64,000 bases of DNA, taken from NCBI GenBank assembly GCA_038496445.1, contig JALMLS010000285.1:74675-138674 (forward strand). The letters are read 5' to 3'. The notes beneath the pieces are model-generated. The model had not been told where the DNA came from and did no database searches. It saw nothing but the letters and a program-made list of their open reading frames with translations. Source of the stretch: Trichosphaerium sp. ATCC 40318 (taxonomy: Eukaryota; Protista; Tubulinea). Shown piece by piece: positions 1 through 14,420 of this stretch. The stretch's first letter is position 1; every line of letters starts with the position of its first letter. The translations under genes were made by a program, and so were the position numbers.

Positions 1-1475
1 TTCAAGTACGTGTTATTTTTAGTACAAATGTACCATTCCATTAAACGTTTAGGCAAGTACCACGTGGGTATTGGGATTCTGTTCAAAATCAAAGAGATGC
101 AATGGATGTTATTGGCCGCGAACTAGGAGTTAAAGATATGGCTGGGTGGTATAATATTAGGTACAATGATGTCACCAAAATATCAGGAGGCATTAGTCAC
201 AAGTAAGACAATACAATAAAAAGACCCAACCTTACCTTGTTTGCTTGTAGGTATGCACATTCTATTTCAAAACTACTACGAGACGTTTATCCTAAGTACA
301 AATGGCGACAATCCAAGTTCATGTAAGCCTCTCTATTAATAAGCCAACTGGGTATTAAATAATACTATGTAGGCAGACACCTATGAGTAAATTGACGTTC
401 ATGCCGAAGATATCTACAAAGAATTATAAGCACAAACAACCAGAGATTTCAGAGTATGGTACCGTATCACCTCCGGAATACTAATCTAATTGTCATCTTA
501 AAACAAAAGGTATGATGAAAACTTTTTCGCTGCTCCTGCATCTGAATATAGAAGACTTAGACGAAAGAAACTTGGACCACTTAATTTAGTACAAGGTTCA
601 AAACGTTATAAAAGAATTGTTGCTAAAGTACAAGAAATGACAAAGTCCTTGAATATTGTAAACCCGGAGTCTTGGTACCTCTTTTACCCACATGGTGTGA
701 AGTATTCTCGGCCTCTAACACATAATCTAGGTATCGTATGTCTCCGGATATAATCAAGAAAGCTGGGGGTGCAGGAATACTTCGGTATTGGCCACAAGCA
801 CTTCAATACTCAGAACCTCATTTTGCTTGGAACTGGAGGAAATTTTCTTATTCGATAAAAAAGGCAAAACAGAGGTACACTATGCTCACTACATATATTG
901 TTATCTTAGGGTTTTATTTAGTTGGCTTCTTGAGTGTATGCGTGTAATATTCCCAGATATTGCTGTGGAGGAAGAACGAAGCATAGGATTCAGAGAAAAT
1001 GGCACTCCGCTGACAATTGACGTTTTTGTTCCAAAGTATAACATTGCCATTGAATATCAAGGTACCTCTGAATGTATTTTACACTACTAACTGTATCACA
1101 GGAGAACAACACTACCAGGACGTCTTACCTTATCACCATGCATCAGCACAAAAGCGGCGAGATTATGAAAAGTTCCAACAATGTGAGGCAAATGGTATTC
1201 ATTTGGTGCCTTTACCTTACTGGTGGGATTTACGTGTTGGATCCCTTCGTGCAACTATCAAACATTTTATACCACACGTGCCTCTGAAATCGTCATCAAG
1301 GATACATAAACCAGTATTGGATGTAGATCAATATAAGGCACTTGACGTTGATAATCTCAAGTGTAAGGTTTTACAACAACCTGGAGAAGTCATTACTTTT
1401 GGATTATTTGATGAACACAGACTTCGAAATGATCAATATAACGCTTCAAATAGTAGGAGACGCTCACCACAATAA
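1..1475 (+). CDS. Trp-rich helical-repeat protein with C-terminal PD-(D/E)XK (RAP/Vsr/DUF559-like) nuclease domain; 5' end outside window
   Basis: Spliced exons give PRGYWDSVQNQRDAMDVIGRELGVKDMAGWY...YPKYKW..KF repeats, then IFPD..EEE...LTIDVFVPKYNIAIEYQGEQHY...RRDYEK...CEANGIHLVPLPYWWD. Paralogous to 24035-26598. Confidence 0.85.
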
Positions 1476-1834
1476 CACAAAGATCCCGTATAGCAAAACT
1501 AGGAGTATTAACCTACGTTGAAGTCACTTTCTCATCTTGTACTGATTAAACTGTAAATAAGCATCTATACGCCTAAAGAAAAAGGTTTAAAACATAAGCG
1601 CACCATTTCTTAACTTTCCTGTCGGAGTTTGCTATCTTGATCATTGATATTAACAGTGCAATGCATTACTGACGCCTCGATTGACGTGTCAACACCAAAA
1701 GAAATCAATAACAAGTACTATTGTACATTTTAGGAAAATACGCGAAAAAAACCGTTCTTTTTTGTTTTTCCGACACTATACTAAAAAAATGTTCGTTTAC
1801 TAGTGTTACAATGTACATGAGGGTTATTTCTAAT

Positions 1835-2110
1835 CTAAACAGAGAAGGATAGTTTTCTAGAAACCCTAATCTTCTCAAAAACAAGTGGTGTGGGCAAACA
1901 AAGCGGCCCCATAGGTTTTAGGGCTGCTATGGGTATATCTGCTTGCTCTGAAAGCGGTTTTGTCTTCATCCAATTTGACGGCCTGTAGTTACGTGGTGAT
2001 AGAGGTTTCTTCATTAGGTTTTGTAGAGCCAGCTTTGTTCCTGATTTCAATCCATCACAGCTTTCAGAACGCTGAATTACATTTAAATTCGGCCATTCAG
2101 CATTAGACAT
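1835..2110 (-). CDS. small intronless hypothetical protein (91 aa)
   Basis: ATG-started ORF in an otherwise empty gap; no recognisable motif. Confidence 0.3.
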   Translation of the reverse strand: MSNAEWPNLNVIQRSESCDGLKSGTKLALQNLMKKPLSPRNYRPSNWMKTKPLSEQADIPIAALKPMGPLCLPTPLVFEKIRVSRKLSFSV

Positions 2111-2514
2111 TGTATAGACGTGCTTCGTAATGTTTGTAGACTTGGCGTGCGTAAAAACTGTCAGTTTTCCAAATGCTTTTTATGGAAGTTGTGCGTTTAC
2201 ATCCTCTATAGCTATTCGAGAAAGCAAGTGTGATACATTAAATTATGTACACTATCAGTTAACAAAAGTACTAAAATGATTGGAACACAACCTATCTGAC
2301 GTGAGGTTTAACAACAAAACGTTAAACTTGGCTAGCAAACGCGAGATTTTAACAACTACAAAAAAAAAGATTCTTCTTCTATTATATTAATCCCACTACA
2401 ACAATGATTTACATCATTTTAATACCCCCAACGCTATTTACAGTCATCTCAGACAAAGTACCGTTTTGGGATTTCGTCATCCAAAAAAAAAGTGTAACAT
2501 AACCGTGTTATCGG

Positions 2515-4139
2515 TTAAAGGCCTAACTTGCCATGTTTCTTTTGCCAATAAGTGATTACGCGCTTTAACGCCAAAATAAATTTTCTTTGGCCTTCATCAT
2601 TAAGAACATGCGCAATATTATACGCAAAGATCTTTTCACGAGCAGAACGCTACAAAAAGTTGTGTTAACAGAAATAAAAAATGAACAATGCACTCCAAAT
2701 GCAAAAAGCAGAAGGGGCACTGCAACAGAAAAAAATGGGATGACGCGTACCTCATGAATACCCACCATGGTCACACCCATTGGCCATGGCGCATTACCAA
2801 CAGATAAGCGGTAGTAGTGATCGTTTGCTTTAACTAGAAATAAAATGGTAAGCAAGCGAAAAGAACAACATTTTTTGATGAAAGGTTTACAAACAAACAG
2901 TAAAACTAGTGGCAAAAACTTATTTCAAGCAACAGATCTCCTTAGGCACACTTACAAGTACCACTAAACGCTTGAAAAATAAAATACAATCACAAAAATC
3001 CGTTAAACTCTGTACGGGTGCCAAGTGTCACATTTTGTAGTGAAACTTAAAAAAGGATGTAATGAAGGGACGTACCGAATTGTTGGTTCATCATTGCTTC
3101 TATTATTTTGTATACTGGTGTTTTTATTTCTTTATGTAGTTGTCCTGTCCACATTAACCCCAAAAGAGGTCGTATATCTTTTTTTGTATTTATCAAAAGT
3201 GCAATTTGTTCACGACCAGTTTGTGTCTTCCTCTTTGGTTTAGGAATTGCGCGAATGTCATCAGTCCAAGATTTAAGTACTTTACGTAAAAAGAATAGTA
3301 TTTTTTCATCATGATTTTCAGGTTCGCGATCTTCTACTATGAATATAATGTCTTGCTCAGAGATGTCTTTTTTCTATTTTTTTTGGTTAAAAAAAGACGG
3401 TAAAAGAATTTTAAGACATTTGTCTTTATGACACCTCAACGTACTTTTGGTACATCCTCATCTCTTTCTTGTTCTTCTTTTAATTTTTTCATTGTCTCTT
3501 GATGAGTATTCAATGATATATCAGCCCAACTGTCAAATGTCATTAAAAATCTTTTGTTTCATCAAATAGTTACTCCGTACGCGTCCTTAATGTATTCCAT
3601 AGGCTCTTTCTGTTCTACTTCGTGCAATCTCTGTGCTCTTGCGTCATCATCTTCACCAAACATTGTGATAGGAAGGCCTGAAAGGAATTTAAGAAATTAT
3701 CAATGAAACGGCATTGCTGATTTTTTTAGATGAGTTTAAAGCATACCACGCGATAGTAGACGCCTTATAATCTCTTCTCGAGGTATTTGCTTGAAATCAT
3801 CGTCTGTCTTTTTTGTCTTTTGCTGTTTAATTTTTTCTTTTCGCGCAATCTTCTCCTTTAGCTCCTTGAGTTTAGCTTCTTCCTTCTAAACAAAATCTGT
3901 GGTTAGAAAAAATAAAATTAACTTGGAGAAGGTCTACAATATGAGCATTCATGTACTGTAACATAATATCGTACCTCCTTGCGTTTCTTGTTTAACTTTT
4001 CTTGTTCAGCGCGGTATTTCTCTTCCTTTGCACGGTTTAACTCCCCACGCTTGACGAACCTCTTCTTCTTTTTAGCTGGTCCACCTGCCTGGGCAAGTTT
4101 ACGCTTTTTTGCCTCAATTGCAGCTTGAACTAAGTCCAT
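2515..4139 (-). CDS. PRP18: pre-mRNA splicing factor 18
   Basis: N-terminus [23 protein letters not shown]; SFM/PRP4-like motif [25 protein letters not shown]; Prp18 signature [43 protein letters not shown]. Confidence 0.95.
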
Positions 4140-4282
4140 GACTGTGACGCGTAATAACGGCTTCGTATTTGATCACTAAGACAACAAAATGTATGTTGTG
4201 TGAGATTTACACGTAATTTACTGTTGATTACTGCTGAGCATCGAAAATTGAACGGACAAATACACTTTATCACCACGCACGC

Positions 4283-6614
4283 ATGGAGCGGTTACCCAAC
4301 GCGGTTCTAATGCATTTATGCTCATTTTTGGGGCCTAATCAGCTAGGCTTATTAGAATGCGTATCTAAGCGCATGAGAGACGCTCTACAAGTACATAATT
4401 GTTCAATAATTCTGTTATTTATTACCAATCTATGTAGGTAGATTCTACGTCGCTGGAAAGTGTATGTTGGAGGCGACTTGTCAGTGTCGAGGCTAAGGAT
4501 GCCAACAGCAAGAGATTTTTAGATGCTCGCATTTTCGCGTTTTCAGAGTCCGATAAAATGCTTAATTGGAAAGAAACGTACCTGTACGACCAACCATTGC
4601 GTATTCCGACAACCTCACAAAACGAAGACATTTGACAGTTTACGCATTGCCATCAACAATAAAGAAGTTGCAAACAACCCCTAAAGACGTACAGAAGCTT
4701 CATTTCCTCTCAAAAATTGGTCAAAGATGTGCTCACAACCCAAGTGTACGAGCAGTAGCAGCTGATGGGGTATTGAGCTTCCTTAAAGAACAACAGGTAA
4801 GTGTTAACAGCAATTTAAAATTCAACAAAACCACCTCGTCACACCCTAAACTACCTTAGAATTATGAAGTACGTGCTTCTGCTGTAACACTATTGGGTGA
4901 TATCATTATGGTATCTATACCAGGTAATTAAATATACTTGAAAGGCGTCAACAGACTGTTAAACTTTAGGAACAACAAAAATTATACTGAGCCTTAAAAT
5001 TCTAAATGCGTTGCTCGATATCGCTCTAACAGATGAAACCCCGGCTATACGGAAAAAGGTAATCCCAAAATGACCCATTTTTTTATTTGTGTACACAGTC
5101 ACGTGATACTTTTTTTTTTTAGATAACGAGGTGCTTCGGAAAACAATACTGGAGTTTATCAGCTCAAAATGCTCCAGTATCAACAAAAATTTTATTAAAC
5201 GCTTTAAAAAAAATTGCAAAATACGATGACGATAGAATTGTGAGACGTAGTGAGTACCTAGTTGATTAAATGATCCATAAATTTATACTTTTTTTTTAAT
5301 ACTCAACCAAATTTCTTGTTATTCACACGTCTTAGCGGCTCGTAAATACTTGCCAGGAATAGTTGCAGAGCGTGTGTTACGTTACAGGTATATGAAGAAA
5401 TCTCAAGTATCACCTATGCAACGTGTGATTGTAGGTGCAGTACGTCAAGCTTTTTTAACTCGAAAAACGAATTAAACCTAATATTGTTTTCTAGATATTT
5501 GGCATATTCGTTGGGGCTACACTCAGTATATGTTTCAACTTTAGGAAGAACTCTATAATAACGCTGTTAGTAACAGTTTTATCAGCATTTTGGATGAACA
5601 CTCTGTATTCTAAAGTAAGTCCCTTTAAGTCCTTTCAACATTAAAAAAAAAGTCGCCATGTTGGTTTCTTCTATCGTATTGACATGTATTTCAGGGACCA
5701 ATTACGTTTTTAAGCAATACAATGTTACCTTCAATCACGGGAGCTGTTGTTTCTATAATGTCAGTTAGAAGTGTGGACGCAACTGTGAACTATGTTTATA
5801 TCAAGTCTTCAACACTTCTACAAGAATTACCTCCAGATTTTTCAATTTATGCACCACCTTTGGCTCTTGCAACCCTAACATTGTTTGTACTATCATACGC
5901 TGTTGAGTTAAGCATGTTTCATGCTTCCATTCTATCAATCTTAATGGCTGGACTTGGTATGCTTCCATTTATTGATAGCTTATATATTACTTCTTTATTG
6001 GTATCTTTGATGATTGGTTGGATTGTTGCACTCATTTTTACACGGTATGCATACGCTATGAATATACAGGATGAAATGAGAGGGTTTTTTGATATGATGA
6101 CAAAGCAGCCTACAGATATAGGGTACGATCTTTGGGTTTTTTTTGTAAAAGTTTGTTTACATTGTCTGATTGTTTTCAGGAGTTATCTTCACACAGCGAG
6201 GCTTATGATGCCGTATGTTGTTAAGTTTGGTATTTTGTTACAATTCTGTCTACTTTGCGTTACTATGAACTTGAAGTATCACGCTGTGCTTGGTGTCTTT
6301 TTAGGTACATAACAATTTTCTTTTCAATTTTTTCCTACCTAAAACTTCAACATCTTGGTTTTCCTAAGTGTATGCAGATGGGTTTTTTGGTGTTTCCTTG
6401 CTTCTTGTTAACTTTCAAATTAGGTCAATTGTTTTATCTTGCTTCAACGCAATGGGCTTCACTACAACGTGTTGTATCAACAGGTGGCATTGATACATAT
6501 GTTTTATACTCTATGGCTCTGTGTGTCATTACAAGCTTCTTTACAGTGATTGCAACGAACACTTACTTGAGAATATCACAATCATCTATTGTGACTGCAA
6601 TATTTAGCCGCTGA
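4283..6614 (+). CDS. F-box + HEAT-like repeats + polytopic membrane region
   Basis: Exon 1 MERLPNAVLMHLCSFLGPNQLGLLECVSKRMR is an F-box. HEAT-like segments NPSVRAVAA, YEVRASAVTLLG, ETPAIRK follow. Splices continue in frame into many hydrophobic helices (5495-6614). Confidence 0.75.
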
Positions 6615-6842
6615 AGACTTCAGTTTTTTCAAAACTGCATCATTGTAAACTTGTAACTTTTGTAGAATGAAGGTTAATTAACCTCTATGTAATAATCCCT
6701 TCCAGTGCTATTCTTTCACATTGATGTGAAACAATGCATAAATAAATACGGCCCTCCTGACCACTTATCGTTGATAAAATTGCTTGAAGCCAAGGCATCA
6801 ATATTGTTTTTTTTATAAAGTCTAATTTCTTTTGATTTGGTT

Positions 6843-9800
6843 TTAATAAAGTACAGTTAGGTTATACATTCTTAGGTAAGCGGTGACTACTTGATCCTTT
6901 TATTGGCTCAAGTCGCTGTGACCCTGTTCGTTGTCTTTGTGGTATAAGAAAACCTACAAGAAACGTCACAAAACAGCAGGCAAAAAACAAAGAGCTTCTT
7001 TTTTTTTTTCTATGTTACCAGTGTTATTTCTTCGTAAAGGAACGCTGTGTTCTCGGATAGGTATTGTTTCACTACTTCTCACTCTCTTAAGTCGAGTCTT
7101 TTGCTCAGGTTTCCCCATACCTCTAAATGTATTAGGCGCTGATTCCGCCATGTCAACAACCCTAGTAACAAAGCTAAGCAACTTGAGGCTTCAAATCAAA
7201 AAAAAAAAAAAAACAATTTCGCGGGTGAGCATAGCGACACTGACTGCAATAGTTTGATAGTATAAATTGTGCATTAACGGTTTAGTGCCATTTACATTTT
7301 TCCAAAACGAAAAGAAAAGGGATTATCAGACAAATAACGTGTTTGTGTTCTGTATGTTTTTCTTGAAATATTCTTACCTTTTTGCTAGATAGTTGTATGA
7401 AGAATCATATGTAGACATCATTATAGGACTAGAAGTATCAGAAAATATGTCAGAGTTATTTCTTGAATGAGCACTACTTGTGCTACCATCAGAATTATCT
7501 GTAACTTGAGTATTACTTCTTGAACTCTTATGAATAATAAAGCTACTAATAAAAGCTTTCTTTGCTTGTCTTGCTTGTGAACCAATACTAGGTGTATACT
7601 TAGGTAATGATTCAAAAGTCTCAAGTCTATGTCTTCCTGCTATATGGAGCCTAGGGCTCTTTCTATTTACACCATGATGGAATTCAAAACAATTCTTTTG
7701 AGCACGCTTCTTTTTAATAGAAGCTCGATATTTTATAAGATAAACCCAGTTCTCTGCTATATGTTGTTCTCCTGCATAAACAAGAAACGTCCGTTTTGGT
7801 GTACGGACTTGTAAACAATGTCTTTTTTCAATATGATTAACAAGACGAACTCTTATGATATCTGTTAAAAATATCTCACCAGCTGCTTTCTCCTAAAGAA
7901 AAAAACAGTCAAAAAAAAAAGAGTATCAAAAAAAGTCGTGAAATCTCTGTCTATTTAACCCCACGTAATGAAAGATTCTATTAAATGTTTTTAAGAAAAA
8001 CATCACAAATTAGGTAGTGACACTAAACCTCATACTCAATGAAGATGACTTTAAGAAGAGAACCATTTACAGTTTTTCCACAAAAAAAAAAGTTTCCTTC
8101 TTGTGTACGTACGTGTTTACCTCTATAGTATGCTATCCTATCTCCAAAAAGAGTAAAATATCTTTGCTGCCAACTCTTTTGTTTATTCTTACCACCAAGC
8201 TTCTTTAATATGGTTGTTTTAACCCTTATATGCTTAAGATATAATCCATAATTTACGCTATTAATCTTAGATGGTTTTTTGTTACCAACATTAGTCATTT
8301 GTGTAAGTACACCTCCAGCTTCATCAGGACGCATAACACAAAATCTTTCAAACATTTGAGAAAGAACAAACAACCTCTTAAACTAATTTACAACATCAGA
8401 AGACCAAGGTAATAAGAAAAGAGAAATAAATATTGTACCTCTTTTAATTCTTCACTTGAAGATTCAATGAACCCTTCTCGATCGTAGTCACCATCCTCAA
8501 CATAAAAATCAAGATAACCATCCAATAGTTTCATATAGAAATTAAAAACACCATATTGAATGGTATCACAAAGCTCAGGAGTATTAAGATCTTCCATTCT
8601 ACTCCCTTAAAAAAAAAGTGTCATAAAGTGTTTCAGGTACACTTTGATTTAAACGTACGTGTTGGTGATTTGTTTGATTGAACAATATATACAGCGTTAC
8701 CAATATGAGCTAGAAGGATATTAACATCAAATACAAATAAAAATAACCATCAAATTCAGTTAAGAAGAAAACCAAAATCCAAAACGCAAAACAAAAAAAA
8801 CCACTTACCTAACAGTTGGTCAATCATTAAATTTGGTAGTAACTTAAAATCTCCATCAGATGGTTCATAGCAACACTATATAAATAATTAATAATAAAAA
8901 TACTCACATAAGAAGCCTGTGTTAGGTCCAAGACGTACATTGTCAATATCAACAATTATACACTCCTCCATTGCGCCCTTCATGTCTTCAATTTCTTGCA
9001 TGAAACTAGATAACACGCCAATCACAAAAGGGACAGGTGCGCATACAAATGTAATCATTGAAGGCGGTAGCACTGGTATAAAAATGTGCTGCCACTCAAA
9101 AGGATGGAGTATAGCTACAATAGCTTGAACGCAACTAGAGAGTACTGATATATTACTAGAAACAAAAAGAACTCGTCTCTCGCATAAAAGTGCAGCGAGT
9201 AATGCCGTGATAGTCCACGCATCCAGATGGGTATACAAAGCTTCAACATTCACCTATGGCCTTTTAGAAACCTAGTAGTAGACGTCAAAGCGCGTACGTA
9301 TTCGAGAATTGATGTTCCCTTCTTTCGAGTAAATACGAACTGTTGATCTTCGAAATGGATTGAAATGAACTTGCCAGGGTCTGGAAGTGCTGCACGGTAT
9401 AACAGATTTAAAAACTTATGAATAGTCTCTTTAGTTTTAAGAGATGCTATAGCATCCAGAATATCGCAATATATGGTGTAGCAGGGACTTGCCGTTAAGG
9501 AACGAAATATTGTAATCAAAAATGTCATTTCTTGTACTTGCGACTCAATTGAGCGCTAAAAGGATACTCTGAACTAAATATACAATAACCAACAGGCCAA
9601 CGTTTAACTGCAGAACTTGACATTTTTTGTAGATTCCATGAGCCTAGTTAATGACTAAGAGCGTGTACCACCTACAATGAGCGTTCGAGAATTACGTGCC
9701 TTCCAATTCTCTGTGACAATAGCCAAAATACTTTATACCATCGGAATCTGTCAGTACAAAGCTGTAGCGCTTATCTTTGCTGTTAAATGTTAGTTGTAAG

Positions 9801-10125
9801 CCAAAAACACTCGTAATTACCTGGGCATCAACATCTTCGGGAATTTATCTTTATCTATTCGTAGCGTACGTTATTGATAAGCCGAAACAATTATAACGCA
9901 CCAGGGAAACAAAATGCTGGTATTCCAGCTAGAAAGCTTTTGTCGGCTTTTGATGACGCTACAGGGTAACTCCAATCAAGTGTAGGCACATTACAACCAT
10001 CTGTAACAGTCCGTTTAATTAAATGCGCACAAAAGGGTATTCATACCCTTTTGTTGTAGTCTGACAACAGCCAGGTACTTAAATAACCTTCTTCCTTCTG
10101 ACGGGCATGCTTCAGATGCTAGCAT
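6843..10125 (-). CDS. DENN-domain Rab GEF with PH domain
   Basis: uDENN (AFCFP, YSFVLTDSDG), cDENN (LLCERRVLFVSSNISVLSSCVQA..HPFEWQHIFIPVLP..CAPVPFVIGV), dDENN (SQMFERF) and PH (LKKLGGKNKQKSWQQRYFTL). 3' end approximate. Confidence 0.9.
9488..9567 (-). other. U12-type (minor spliceosome) intron, GT-AG
   Basis: 5'SS GTATCCTTT, branch site TTCCTTAAC, then GGCAAG. Removal gives in-frame WPVGYCIFSSD-PCYTIYCDIL in the DENN domain. Confidence 0.9.
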
Positions 10126-10552
10126 TATCTCTTCACCTCCGCTTTAGCTGTACCAAACAGTGCGAACGCCGTTAGCTTTATTCGCCCTTTTTGTGTGGCT
10201 CTTATCAAGTTCGTAACTATCGTAGAACGAATTCTACATCTACCTCCTCGGTTGGAGGGGCAAGAAAATACAACAGAACACTAATTCCGGTTCAAGAAAG
10301 TTCACACTTAATCTGGTACTTAGTAAATCACTTATATTTTAAAAAACAAATGTAGTCAGCTAGCCACTCTGCAAGCTTCACAAGACACAAAGACTACAAA
10401 GGAGGGAAAAAAACCACAAAAAGACTAGTACATTTCTTCAACAAACGATTTTAAAGTGTTTATTGATACACCACCAGTCGAAACAAAAAGTTTGCCAAGT
10501 ATATATATCTAGTGGAAGGCAGGGGACAGTGTTGTAAATATAATTTTTTCGC

Positions 10553-12856
<2,304 letters not shown>

Positions 12857-12949
12857 TGTTCACCTTCTTCAAGTCTGCCTTAATACAAAAAAGTTGGAAA
12901 GTTTAAGGCGAGAGGAAAACAACGACACCGTGATACAAAAGGACAAAGT

Positions 12950-14311
12950 TTACATAGTTTTTCTACGCTTTACAGTACGTTCAAGGTCGCCAATACGCTC
13001 TTCAAGCAGTTTGCCATGAAGGCTGAAAAATTGGAACATCTTTTCAGCGAGGTCTCCGTGAAGCTCTACCTGTCTGTCTAGCATAGAGTGAACCTCGCAA
13101 GATGATGAGGGTAACTTAAACTGGTAGTCGCGTTTAGTGTCGTTCTGTCCGCGTATAATTCGGTCCTTTTCTGTAGTGTCTACAACAGAGTTGAACCAAT
13201 CCTTGTTGAATCCAATACTGGCTCTTGGAGGGCGCCCTCTTGGCCTAGGAACTGAAAGGTTTCGAGGAGATTTCTTTCCGTTACGCAATTTCTTTTTAGG
13301 CGGTGGGCTAGCTGTAGGGTTTACACCATTCTTTTTACGCTTTCTCCTTATCGGAGTGTAAGATTTATCAATATGAAGCTGGTAACCCGAGATATCATCC
13401 TCAAATGCGTCTACATCGCGTAGAACAAAGGTTTCCAGATCTACGTGCTTCTTGTAAATGAATCTCTGAGATTTCTTCGTTGAGCCTTTCAAAAACTTTT
13501 TGCAGTCCGGAACTTCTGTGAAATGCTTGACACAACATTTTCTAATTAGAGTAGAAGGATAATTCGCGTCTATGCTATTTGTAGCAAAAACTTCGTTATC
13601 ATCACAGTTTTCTACATATTTCTTTGTCACTTCAAGTTCTTCGTCATCAGGCGTTTCTTGTTGTTTATTTACAATTTCTGTAAGCAACTCGCCCTTCCTA
13701 AACACAATGTGAGACACTAGCGTCGCTTTACTCAAAGATTCTCCATTTTTTTTTTGTGTAAAGTAAAACTTTAATAACGTCAAAGAAGACAAAAAGACAC
13801 ATCAAAAAACAAAATTAAAAATAATAAAGAAAATCAATAAAATAGCAAAGGTAAAAAAAAAAGCTCACCGCCAAAACCATTGATATTCGAACCACCTTTT
13901 CCTGCCCATCTCGTACATACCAACAATGCGCACGATAGGGAACGGTGTAGATGGAAAATTTACTTCTAGGCAATCATAAAGTTTCAAATTCTATAACAGC
14001 AAGTTAGTAAAACCTTTTTAAATCTCGCCTGCTGTATACTCACAATCTTTTGGCGAGGTTGTCGCATCTATGAGTGATTAGAGTTGGAAGTTTTATATTA
14101 TTGACTTGCCTCATAGGTGCAATTGAGGTAATACTCTCTAGACGCAATAGTTGTATACGCATCACCCCATTTTGTGTGGCCAGAGCGAGCTAAGATGTAA
14201 TTTTGGTTCTATACGATGTTTAGCGCACTTTAATGGCGAGTAAAAGGTAAAACGAACCTTTGCTGTTCCATTGCCTTTACTCCTGCATCCTTTGCGCTTT
14301 CTCGTTGCCAT
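12950..14311 (-). CDS. BAH-domain chromatin protein with AT-hook
   Basis: Spliced YDCLEV..PIVRIVGMYE..KRWFEYQWFWRKGE...EVFATNSID..TLIRKCCV (BAH); RPRGRPPR AT-hook; NLS-like PPPKKKLR. Needs a GC-AG intron at 14068-14109. Confidence 0.75.
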
Positions 14312-14420
14312 AAGGCAGGTGATGCATTAATGTGACTATGCGCTGTGGTATGTGAATGGAAGGAAAGCCGTTGAAATAAAAAATCTAAGAAATATGCTCC
14401 ACTCATTACTACCATCAACA

